Shown one piece after another: positions 17,949-26,150 of a stretch of DNA of 64,000 nucleotides. Under the pieces are notes generated by a model, which was given only the letters and a program-made list of their open reading frames with translations, had not been told where the DNA came from and did not search any database. Location of the stretch: contig CAZRZP010000005.1 of NCBI GenBank assembly GCA_964604645.1, positions 21,938-85,937 of the forward strand, written 5' to 3'. This stretch comes from an uncultured Methanosarcinales archaeon (GTDB lineage: Archaea; Nanobdellota; Nanobdellia; Woesearchaeales; GW2011-AR9). A program made the translations under genes and the position numbers. The number at the start of each line of letters is the position of its first letter. Position 1 is the first letter of the stretch.

Positions 17949-20144
17949 TTATTTTTTCTGAAAAGCTAATACTCCTGCTAAAATAGCAAACGTTATAGCT
18001 AACAAAGTAGGAATAAGTTTCTTCGCCTTTTGTGAACTTGATTCGAAGACAATGATTCCGGGATAGTCTTTATTTTCTAAATTTACTTTATTTATTTTTT
18101 CTGCAAGAGGTTGTTGTACTTCTTCTTCATTAAAATTGTAACCTCTGGTCGCCTGAGTGTTTAAAGTTTTATTAACTTTTTTCATCATTTTATTAACATA
18201 AATATTTCTTGTCAGCTCTTTTATTGTTTTTTGTTTATCTTTTTTGATTTTTACTTTTACTTTATATTCTCCATCAAGATCTTCAGGAATTTTCAAGAGA
18301 AATTCAATTACTTCCACTTCATCGTTATTCATAATAATGCGCTGCATGTTTGTATCTCTCTCCTCATTAGCACAAGAATAACATTTGCTTCCACGGTAAA
18401 GATAACTCCACATTGAATATTCATGTCTTTTCCCTGAATTTACAATTTGCACTTTTACGGGTAACACGTCTCCCGCTCTTATTGAAATCGGAAATTCTAC
18501 AATCTGGTTTGCTCTATCTTCTTTTCTTTCTTGAACTCTTTGTTTTTCATCTTCCTTTACATAAGTCAAGTAATCACGGCATATTTCTGTATCGACACCT
18601 TCAACTAAAAAACTACTCTCAACGTGAAGATTAAATCCTTCAAGAACTAAAGTTACTTTCCCTTCTGGTATCTTTTCGTTACAATTTGCTTCTAATTGCA
18701 ACGGCAAAACAAGAGGATATTCTTTATATGCCGAATTAATGCTGATTTTTGTAGTTTTACTAATTTTTTCTCCTTCTCTTTCTGCCCATAATTGGATTGA
18801 TTTTTTTGTTTCATCTCCTTTGTATATGTTAACATTTACTCTAATTTGGTCTCCCCATTCAGCTTTATTATCACTACCTAAGTAAATTTTATTTATCTCT
18901 AATGAAGAAGCATTCATCTTATATCTGGGGTTAATCGCAATTGTTCTTGTAACGGTGTTGTCCTGCAAATTTTTCTCAGAACATTTAAGTCCGCTCAACA
19001 TAAATTTCATTGAGTATATTCCTTCCGGTAAATTTGGTGAATATTTTTTAGTAGCTAAACTTGTTATTGGCGAGTTTGTCCAAGGCCTATATATTTTTTT
19101 GATTCTACCATAATAATCTTGTATAATTCCTTTTACAGTAACATTCCCAGAAGCCCCATATTTTCTTTTAACCCTCACAGAAAAAGCAAAAGCATCTTTT
19201 CGCGCTATTGTTTCATTAATGTCTAAATCAATCTTCCAATCACAGCCCTCAACATACTTATTCTCTTCACCTGCTGTTGGGGGAGTTAAAAACCATTTAT
19301 CGTTAATGTTGCTCCAGGACATTCCTTCTGTACTTCCTGAATAACTCATATGAGTGAATTTCTTCCCATTACTAATCAAAGATACTTCTTCATATCCTCT
19401 GCTATCTAAAGCAAAATCGCTATCACCGTCCCGATAAATTATTTTGTAACAACCTGCACAAATTATTGTACCATCAAGAACCTTAGTATCGGAAACATAC
19501 AATTCATTTTCTTTTTTTTCATCAATTATTTTTAAACCGCGTAAATCTAGATCTTTCTTTCCTTCGTTGAATAATTCAATCCATTCACCTTCTGGTTTAT
19601 TTTCATCATCATCTCCAAAAGGATCTGGCATCACTTCAGAAATTATTAATGAAGAAAATTCGCTAGCAAAATCGTTAATTGAATTATTTTTTCCAGGAGT
19701 TCCTTTTATTCGAAGACTTTCACCCCAACTTCCATCGCTTCTTCGTTCTAAAGTATATCCATTACCGTTTGCACCCATTTCTTTATTGTACGTGAAAGAA
19801 GCGGAACAAGATCCTTCTAATTTAATCGTATCTTCTTTATTATTGAGGACAATTTTTTTTTCAATAATTTCAACATCAACAGAAAAATATTTTCGAAACT
19901 TAGTTTTATTTCTTGCAATAATAAAAAAACTATTTTCTTTTATTACACTATCTCCCAACTTCTTCCCGTCAATTGTACAACCAGATAAAGAATAATTACC
20001 CCCTTCATTAAATATTTCAACCCATTCGTTAAATCTTCCTCCTAATTCTTCCGTTGGATTATACATAATTTCAGAGAACTGTAATGCTGCTACGTAATTA
20101 ATTTGCCACAAAATAATAATAACTAAAAACACTACTTTTTTCAT
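17949..20144 (-). CDS. large surface protein with two lamin-tail domains (LTD) and a C-terminal TM anchor
   Basis: Signal peptide at the N-terminus. FSEIMYNP...NEWVEIFN and ISEVMPDP...GEWIELFN are LTD signatures. The C-terminal hydrophobic helix ends in QKK. Confidence 0.75.
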   Translation of the reverse strand: MKKVVFLVIIILWQINYVAALQFSEIMYNPTEELGGRFNEWVEIFNEGGNYSLSGCTIDGKKLGDSVIKENSFFIIARNKTKFRKYFSVDVEIIEKKIVLNNKEDTIKLEGSCSASFTYNKEMGANGNGYTLERRSDGSWGESLRIKGTPGKNNSINDFASEFSSLIISEVMPDPFGDDDENKPEGEWIELFNEGKKDLDLRGLKIIDEKKENELYVSDTKVLDGTIICAGCYKIIYRDGDSDFALDSRGYEEVSLISNGKKFTHMSYSGSTEGMSWSNINDKWFLTPPTAGEENKYVEGCDWKIDLDINETIARKDAFAFSVRVKRKYGASGNVTVKGIIQDYYGRIKKIYRPWTNSPITSLATKKYSPNLPEGIYSMKFMLSGLKCSEKNLQDNTVTRTIAINPRYKMNASSLEINKIYLGSDNKAEWGDQIRVNVNIYKGDETKKSIQLWAEREGEKISKTTKISINSAYKEYPLVLPLQLEANCNEKIPEGKVTLVLEGFNLHVESSFLVEGVDTEICRDYLTYVKEDEKQRVQERKEDRANQIVEFPISIRAGDVLPVKVQIVNSGKRHEYSMWSYLYRGSKCYSCANEERDTNMQRIIMNNDEVEVIEFLLKIPEDLDGEYKVKVKIKKDKQKTIKELTRNIYVNKMMKKVNKTLNTQATRGYNFNEEEVQQPLAEKINKVNLENKDYPGIIVFESSSQKAKKLIPTLLAITFAILAGVLAFQKK

Positions 20145-20254
20145 CTACTTTCAAATGGAGTAAAACTATTTATTTACATGCATTTTCTAACAGTTATTTA
20201 CCATTCAATAATACTAAACAAAGTTTTTAAACCATCTTCTCTTACGTCTTAACT

Positions 20255-20713
20255 ATGGGATGGTTATTTGGTCGTAAGAAGAAGCCAAAGGTTCCTCTGC
20301 CTGAGGGGACTCCAATGGATGAAAAGTCTTTACAGATGCCGCGCCGTCCAGGTTCAACCGTAATTGAACCACAGAAAGTAAAAGAAGCTGCTGGTGTTGG
20401 AAAAGCTCCATCTCCTCCACCAAAAAAAGAACAAGCAGCTCCTGAAGCTCCTACTGTTCCTAGCGCTGCTGAATTACCTTCTCAACCAATGTATGTACCT
20501 TCTCAACCGTTATACGTTAAAGTTGATGTATATCAACGCCTTTTAGGCGAATTAGATGATTTGAAAGGAGAAATTTCACATTTGAGTGAATATAATGTAG
20601 CTCTTATGAATTCAGAATTAAAAGAAGAAGGCAATTTCGATAAATTAAGACGAACAATGAAAGTAGCCCATGACCGCATGGCGCAAGTAGATAAAGTAAT
20701 ATTTAAAGGGTGA
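20255..20713 (+). CDS. small protein: basic N-terminal motif MGWLFGRKKK + Pro-rich linker + coiled-coil module
   Basis: Probably leaderless, with a TATA-like AAAGTTTTTAAACC about 25 nt upstream. The C-terminal module LYVKVDVYQRLLGEL is paralogous to the next ORF. Confidence 0.6.
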   Translation: MGWLFGRKKKPKVPLPEGTPMDEKSLQMPRRPGSTVIEPQKVKEAAGVGKAPSPPPKKEQAAPEAPTVPSAAELPSQPMYVPSQPLYVKVDVYQRLLGELDDLKGEISHLSEYNVALMNSELKEEGNFDKLRRTMKVAHDRMAQVDKVIFKG

Positions 20714-20715
20714 TA

Positions 20716-20946
20716 ATGATGGACCGAATGCCAGTATTTGTAAAAGTTGATGAGTATGATCAAGTTTTAAGTTTGCTTAAAACAGTAAGAAATAAACTTG
20801 ATGAAGCTAGAGAAACATTAAGTAAAATCCACGATTTAAAAAATGATGAAGATCATCAACTAGAATTATGGCAGAATAGTCTGTCTGAAGTGGAAAAGAA
20901 AGTTGATTTTATCAACCATAGTTTAACTGAACCACAGAATTACTAA
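20716..20946 (+). CDS. small coiled-coil protein (FVKVDEY module only)
   Basis: Its start region overlaps the upstream stop (GTGATAATGATG). VFVKVDEYDQVLSLLKTVRNKL is homologous to the ORF1 C-terminus. Confidence 0.6.
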   Translation: MMDRMPVFVKVDEYDQVLSLLKTVRNKLDEARETLSKIHDLKNDEDHQLELWQNSLSEVEKKVDFINHSLTEPQNY

Positions 20947-20948
20947 AC

Positions 20949-21434
20949 ATGCCAAGAAAAGCGAAGAAGGAAAAGGAACAGAAATCGAACAGCAAGCTAC
21001 CTCAATTCATGGTCCAGGTTAGCGATCCTATTATGCTGCGAAAAGACATTTTGGAGGCATTACGTGACGTAATAATTTTTATGCAGGGTTATGAAAGGTT
21101 TAAGTTAATTCAAGATGAAAAAGTTGGTTTGTATTCTAAACTACAACTTGAAGTTAAAGAATTAAATAGCATGATAAATACTAAATTGCGAAAAATTCTA
21201 CCTAAAGGGAAGTTAAAATCAGTTCATCAGGCTGCCGTGCCTAAGCAAGTTAAAATTCCAGAGTCAAGGGTTCCAGTGGTAACTCCATCAAAAGGTCAGC
21301 CAATTCCTCCACCTACACCTGGTCAAGCACCTGCGCCTCCATTACCGCCTGCTGCTTCTGCTCAACCAACAGAATTAGATGCGTTAGAATCTCAGTTAAA
21401 CAGCATTGAAAATCAGTTGAAAGGTCTCAATTAA
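20949..21434 (+). CDS. small protein: helical module + Pro-rich linker + C-terminal amphipathic helix
   Basis: 2-nt gap to the upstream stop. Contains PIPPPTPGQAPAPPLPPAASAQP followed by TELDALESQLNSIENQLKGLN. Confidence 0.6.
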   Translation: MPRKAKKEKEQKSNSKLPQFMVQVSDPIMLRKDILEALRDVIIFMQGYERFKLIQDEKVGLYSKLQLEVKELNSMINTKLRKILPKGKLKSVHQAAVPKQVKIPESRVPVVTPSKGQPIPPPTPGQAPAPPLPPAASAQPTELDALESQLNSIENQLKGLN

Positions 21435-21453
21435 TTCTTTATTTTGTATCTTT

Positions 21454-21470
21454 AGAAAAGTTTTATAAAT
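21454..21470 (+). promoter_or_regulatory. BRE/TATA promoter for the tRNA-Leu gene
   Basis: AGAAAAG followed by TTTTATAAAT, centred about 30 nt upstream of the tRNA 5' end. Confidence 0.5.
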
Positions 21471-21494
21471 TGGTTAACTTGTAGTTTTTTCTAT

Positions 21495-21659
21495 GTGGGT
21501 GTGCCGGAGTGGTCAAACGGGATGGACTCAAATGCTAGAACCATTTCCCGCAATAGTGCGGAGCTATCCATTGGCTTAGACAGAAGCGCAGCTTATGTCT
21601 GCTGGAAAAGCAGCGCTTTTGGAGCAGTGCCTACGCAGGTTCGAGCCCTGCCACCCACA
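21495..21659 (+). tRNA. tRNA-Leu(CAA) with two introns (about 21533-21565 and about 21580-21627)
   Basis: Acceptor GTGGGTG/CACCCAC with discriminator A, and a Leu-type D arm (GAGTGGTCAAA loop). The anticodon stem is ATGGA/TCCAT and the loop is CTCAAA. The T arm GCAGG-TTCGAGC-CCTGC is perfect. Exons sum to 84 nt and no CCA is encoded. Confidence 0.8.
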
Positions 21660-21727
21660 CTTTTAATTATTATTTTGACGGCATTTTTCAGTAAACCTTA
21701 AAAACTTATTATTTCTTTGCGAAATCT

Positions 21728-22009
21728 ATGAAAATAAAATATGATGTAAATAATTCTGAAGAATGTGTTTCTTTAGAGGTAGCAGTTGACGCATTAATGC
21801 ACGACTTTATTTTTGAAGTAAGTCCAGGAACAAAACTAAAGGCACAATATATTAACGAAGAAATACTTATTCATCCTGAAAAAGGAGCAATTAGGGGAGT
21901 TACTGCTAAAATAAACGGAAAATATGGGGAAGTTACATTTAGTGATGCAATTTCTGGTAGATATGATATAGCTTTAGATAATCAAAAATATCAAATTTTC
22001 AAAAACTAA
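21728..22009 (+). CDS. hypothetical protein
   Basis: Clean 93-aa ORF, beta-rich by composition, with no motif recognised. Confidence 0.45.
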   Translation: MKIKYDVNNSEECVSLEVAVDALMHDFIFEVSPGTKLKAQYINEEILIHPEKGAIRGVTAKINGKYGEVTFSDAISGRYDIALDNQKYQIFKN

Positions 22010-22040
22010 TATTTATATACACCACTTTCTTTCTACAGCC

Positions 22041-23369
22041 ATGCCAATAGAAATATGTACTATAAGCGGTTTTACAAAAACAGCAGGAAATTCTACTGCA
22101 ATAAAAGTTGATGACGATGTTGTTTTATTAGATATGGGTCTTGCCATGGAGAATTACATCCGCTACCAGGATGATCGGGAAGATGTCAGATCGAGCATGA
22201 CTTACAAACAATTACGTCAAGCGAATGCATTACCTAACTACTCTTCGATTGACGGTTGGAACGTGCTTGCAATTGCACCTTCTCATGGTCATTTAGATCA
22301 TGTTGGAGCAGTACCTTATGCTTCTTTACTTTTTCCAAAAGCTCCAGTGGTTAGTACCCCTTACACGATTGAAGTTTTACGCACTATCTTGAAAGATGAT
22401 AGAATAACAATTCCTAATAAACTAGTTCCGGTAAATCTTAATTCAACATTCAAAGTATCTGATAAAATTACTTTAGAATTTGTTAATGTTACGCATTCAA
22501 TTCCACACTCTTCTTTGATTGTTGTCCACACGCCTTACGGGAAAGTAGTTTACGCTAATGATTACAAGTTTGATCGTCAACCGACACTTGGTCAGAAACC
22601 AAATTTTACACGTTTACAAAAATTAGGTGAAGAAGGAGTTTCTTGTTTAATCATCGAATGCTTATATGCAAATGAACATAGAAAGATGCCTTCTGAATCT
22701 GTTGCGAAACAAATGTTAAAAGATGTTATGTTAGGCATCAATTGTGAAACTAAAGGTATGTTAGTAACAACTTTCTCGTCTCATATTGCTAGATTAAAAA
22801 GTATTATTGAGATGGGAAAAAAATTAGATAGAAAAATTGTCTTTTTTGGAAGATCGTTATCAAAATATGTTAAAGCAGCTGAAAGATTAAAAATCGTGGA
22901 TTTTTCTCAAAGCATTCAAATTGTTAGCCATAGAGATAAAGTTGAAAAGATGTTCAATAAAATCATGAAAGAAGGGAAAGAAAAATATCTCATTGTCTGC
23001 ACTGGTCATCAAGGTGAACCAAAAGCAGTTCTTTCTAGATTAATGAGAAAACAATTTCCTTACCGATTTTCTTCAGGAGATGTTGTTATTTTTAGCTGTT
23101 CAGTTATTCCCGTCGAATTAAATAAAGATAATCGTGACGTTTTAGAACGAGGATTGAAAAATTCTGATGTACGAATTTTTAGAGATGTTCATGTGTCCGG
23201 CCATGGTGGAAGGGAAGATCATCGAGACTTAATTGAGTTGTTGAAACCGAAAAACATAATTCCTTCCCATGCTGGTGGTGAAAAAGCTGAAGCGATGGTC
23301 ACATTGGGTAAACAGTTAGGTTACAAGAAAGTTCATGTGATGAAAGATGGTCAAATATTGAAGCTATAA
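22041..23369 (+). CDS. rnj: RNase J-like beta-CASP metallo-beta-lactamase ribonuclease
   Basis: The SHGHLDHVGAVPY (HxHxDH) motif, the later DYKFD and HVSGHG motifs, and a length of about 440 aa match archaeal RNase J. Confidence 0.75.
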   Translation: MPIEICTISGFTKTAGNSTAIKVDDDVVLLDMGLAMENYIRYQDDREDVRSSMTYKQLRQANALPNYSSIDGWNVLAIAPSHGHLDHVGAVPYASLLFPKAPVVSTPYTIEVLRTILKDDRITIPNKLVPVNLNSTFKVSDKITLEFVNVTHSIPHSSLIVVHTPYGKVVYANDYKFDRQPTLGQKPNFTRLQKLGEEGVSCLIIECLYANEHRKMPSESVAKQMLKDVMLGINCETKGMLVTTFSSHIARLKSIIEMGKKLDRKIVFFGRSLSKYVKAAERLKIVDFSQSIQIVSHRDKVEKMFNKIMKEGKEKYLIVCTGHQGEPKAVLSRLMRKQFPYRFSSGDVVIFSCSVIPVELNKDNRDVLERGLKNSDVRIFRDVHVSGHGGREDHRDLIELLKPKNIIPSHAGGEKAEAMVTLGKQLGYKKVHVMKDGQILKL

Positions 23370-23448
23370 TTCAAGTCATTTAAAATTACTATTTCTTATA
23401 CTACTTTACAACAATAAATCTTATAAATACGTTCAGTCTCGAATTTGC

Positions 23449-24192
23449 ATGAAATTAGTATTAGCTGAACCGCGATATTTTAAAGAAAGTATTAGTATTA
23501 TTTCTGAATTAGTATCGGAAGCTAAATTTAAGGCTAACTCTGACGCTCTTGAATTGGTAGCAATGGATCCAGCTAATGTTGCAATGGTTATTTTTAAGCT
23601 TCTAAGCAGTTGTTTTACTGAGTATAAAGTTGAAGGTTCAGAGCAAGTAGCGATTAATCTTAACAGTTTGAAACAGATATTACGAAGGGCAAAAGCAGAT
23701 GATATTTTAAGTTTAGAAACAGAAGAAAATAAATTAAAAATTTTGTTAAAAGGTAAGACAAACCGTTCATTCTCCATTCCTACTCTCGAGATTGAAGATA
23801 AGGAACAAAAAGTTCCAGATTTAACTTTTCCAGTTAAAGTTGAGACCACATCTCAAACGATTGCGGATGCGATTGAAGATGTTAATGTTGTTGCTGAATC
23901 AGTTACATTCTTGGGGGAAGAAAATCAATTGTCTGTTAAAGCAGAAGGTGATTTATCAAAAGCTTTCATTGAAATAAAAGCTGATGAACATACTAAAATA
24001 ACTGCTAACCCAGGAGATAAAGTAAAAGCAAAATATTCATTAGAATACCTAAAAAGAATGATTGCTGGCGGCAAATTAACTGATAACGTAACTCTACATT
24101 TTAATACTGATTATCCAATGAAATTAGAATATAAAGTTATTGATAGGTTAATGTTAAGTTTCATTCTTGCTCCTAGAGTAGATAATGATTAG
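23449..24192 (+). CDS. pcn: DNA polymerase sliding clamp (PCNA)
   Basis: 247 aa. The N-terminus FKESISIISELVSEAKFKANSDALELVAMDPANVAMV is typical of archaeal PCNA. Confidence 0.9.
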   Translation: MKLVLAEPRYFKESISIISELVSEAKFKANSDALELVAMDPANVAMVIFKLLSSCFTEYKVEGSEQVAINLNSLKQILRRAKADDILSLETEENKLKILLKGKTNRSFSIPTLEIEDKEQKVPDLTFPVKVETTSQTIADAIEDVNVVAESVTFLGEENQLSVKAEGDLSKAFIEIKADEHTKITANPGDKVKAKYSLEYLKRMIAGGKLTDNVTLHFNTDYPMKLEYKVIDRLMLSFILAPRVDND

Positions 24193-24194
24193 TT

Positions 24195-24944
24195 CTAGGT
24201 TCTAAGTCTGTAACCTATCTTAAACATGTAAACACATAACCATAGAAAAAACGTCGTAAGAATAAAAACAATTAGCATACTTAATCCTAAATGAATATCA
24301 CTTGTTCCTAAAAAACCAAATCTGAATCCATCCACAAAATATAATATTGGATTAAATTTTGCAACTGATTGCCAAAAAGGCGGAAGCATCTTAATTGAAT
24401 AAAATACTCCTCCGAGATAGATTAAAGGCGTTATTAGAAATGTTGAAAAAACGTTCATTCTATCAAAACTAGTTGCCCATAAAGCAGTGATGATTCCAGC
24501 AGATGAAAAGAGTAATGAAACCATGGTTATGAAATAGATTAAAACAGGGATTGAAGAAATTGAAATGTCTGCTACCAATAAACTTACTAATAATATTCCT
24601 CCACCAACCATAAACGCTCTTAAAGTTGCAGCAAAAGTAAATGCTGCAATAATCTGCCAATATGATAGAGGGGAGACTAAAAGTTCCTGAATATTCCCTT
24701 GAAATTTTGAGATGTAAATTGAACTTGTATTGTTAGTGTATGCACTCATAATCACCCCCATCATCAATAACCCTGGTATAATAAATTCTAAATATGAGAC
24801 CCCATTAACTGAATTAATTCTAGCACCAAGAGAAAATCCAAAAATAACAATAAACAATGTAGACGTGATTATTGGGGGGATAATTGTTTGAGTCCATACC
24901 CTTAAGAAACGTGAAACTTCTCTATTAACCAAAGTCCACATCAT
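24195..24944 (-). CDS. ABC-2 type transporter permease
   Basis: Six TM helices, and its start overlaps the stop of the upstream ATPase gene. Confidence 0.8.
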   Translation of the reverse strand: MMWTLVNREVSRFLRVWTQTIIPPIITSTLFIVIFGFSLGARINSVNGVSYLEFIIPGLLMMGVIMSAYTNNTSSIYISKFQGNIQELLVSPLSYWQIIAAFTFAATLRAFMVGGGILLVSLLVADISISSIPVLIYFITMVSLLFSSAGIITALWATSFDRMNVFSTFLITPLIYLGGVFYSIKMLPPFWQSVAKFNPILYFVDGFRFGFLGTSDIHLGLSMLIVFILTTFFLWLCVYMFKIGYRLRT

Positions 24945-25837
24945 TGTTTCTCACCAATCAGTTGAATAAAAATATCTTCAAGTTTATTTTGCTGTGTTTC
25001 AATCTTTTCTACGGGTAAACTTTGTACTACATATAACAAATCTTTCCAATCACTCGGATTAAGATATAAAATTGCTTTTTTATCTGATATAATGGGAGAA
25101 TACTTTTTAAGCAGCTCTTTATCAATTGATTTTGAAAAAGTAATCTCTACTCTCTCTTTTTCTAATAAAGAAAGTAAATTCTTTTTATCATCTAATTTAA
25201 TAATTTCCCCCTTATTGATAATTGCTATTCTTTCACACAATTCTTCTGCTTCTTCCAAGTAATGCGTTGTTAATAAAATAGTGATGCCTTGCTTATTTAG
25301 TTGCTTAATATATTTCCACATGCTTTTTCTAGTTTCTACATCAACTCCCGCTGTCGGTTCGTCTAAAATTAGGATTTTAGGTTTATGCATTAAAGCACGG
25401 GCTATCATTAATTTTCTCTTCATCCCTCCAGATAATTGCATGGCTTTAACTTCTCTTTTTTCCCAAAGCCCTAGTTGTGTTAGAACTTCTTTGATTCTTT
25501 TGTTTCTATCTTTTCCAGGAATTCCAAAGTAACCAGCATTAAAATATAAGATATTTTGAACTTTCTCAAACTTATCGAAATTAAATTCTTGAGGAACTAA
25601 ACCAATTAAAGCACGAGCTTCTTGGTAATCTTTAACAACATCTTTACCGAAAAGTTTTGCTTCTCCTTCAGTTTTGTTTACCAAACCAGTAAGAATTCCT
25701 AATGCAGTTGTCTTTCCTGCTCCATTTGGGCCAAGTAAACCAAAAAATTCTCCTTCGTTAACTTCAAATGATATTCCTTTAAGAGCAGGTATTTTATTAT
25801 AGTTCTTTTCCAGATTCTTTACAGAAATTGCTTTCAT
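24941..25837 (-). CDS. ABC transporter ATP-binding protein
   Basis: Walker A GPNGAGKTT, signature LSGGMKRKL, and Walker B ILILDEPTAGVD. Confidence 0.9.
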   Translation of the reverse strand: MKAISVKNLEKNYNKIPALKGISFEVNEGEFFGLLGPNGAGKTTALGILTGLVNKTEGEAKLFGKDVVKDYQEARALIGLVPQEFNFDKFEKVQNILYFNAGYFGIPGKDRNKRIKEVLTQLGLWEKREVKAMQLSGGMKRKLMIARALMHKPKILILDEPTAGVDVETRKSMWKYIKQLNKQGITILLTTHYLEEAEELCERIAIINKGEIIKLDDKKNLLSLLEKERVEITFSKSIDKELLKKYSPIISDKKAILYLNPSDWKDLLYVVQSLPVEKIETQQNKLEDIFIQLIGEKQ

Positions 25838-26118
25838 AATCGAATTAATTTACCCATGTAATGTATGGAATGTTTATCAACATAATATATTTGATTGGTG
25901 TGAACATTATACATAGGTGCGGATCTACGTAACTCATCAACTAAATCTAATGCCATTCTTCCAAGGTAATTACTCCAACTTCCTAGATTATCTTGAAAAT
26001 CTTTAGGGTTTCTAAACTCCTCACCTTCAAACCTTTTTAGAAAATCATAAACGTGCCTACTTTTATCATCCACCACTGCTCCTTCATCAAAATTAAATGT
26101 ACATTTCCATTCTAACAT
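25834..26118 (-). CDS. hypothetical protein, first gene of the ABC operon
   Basis: 94-aa ORF with a 4-nt overlap to the ATPase start. Confidence 0.45.
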   Translation of the reverse strand: MLEWKCTFNFDEGAVVDDKSRHVYDFLKRFEGEEFRNPKDFQDNLGSWSNYLGRMALDLVDELRRSAPMYNVHTNQIYYVDKHSIHYMGKLIRL

Positions 26119-26150
26119 TTGTTGTTGATGTTTCCTTCACATTATTAAAT

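Noticed and set aside
21495-21701. 68-aa ORF in the six-frame track
   Set aside because: It coincides exactly with the intron-containing tRNA-Leu gene and its terminator. A cloverleaf with a perfect T arm explains the region better than a coding sequence.
23433-23849. 138-aa minus-strand ORF
   Set aside because: It is antisense to PCNA and has no motifs. The same reasoning applies to the other antisense or shadow ORFs in the track. These are 1579-1770, 2461-2673, 4923-5129, 5632-5823, 9640-9858, 11456-11718, 13632-14110, 14309-14527, 15027-15212, 16286-16528, 18231-18634, 19567-19995, 20533-20763, 24469-24660, 25281-25532, 27715-28339, 28976-29257, 30438-30623, 31721-32056, 32029-32618, 33941-34171, 34621-34890, 36211-36986, 38702-38971, 39623-39883, 40192-40374, 41191-41397, 44683-45174, 45882-46488, 47590-48376, 49821-50343, 50772-51002, 51485-51718, 52717-53219, 53888-54133, 58912-59097, 59978-60160, 62094-62315 and 62991-63578.
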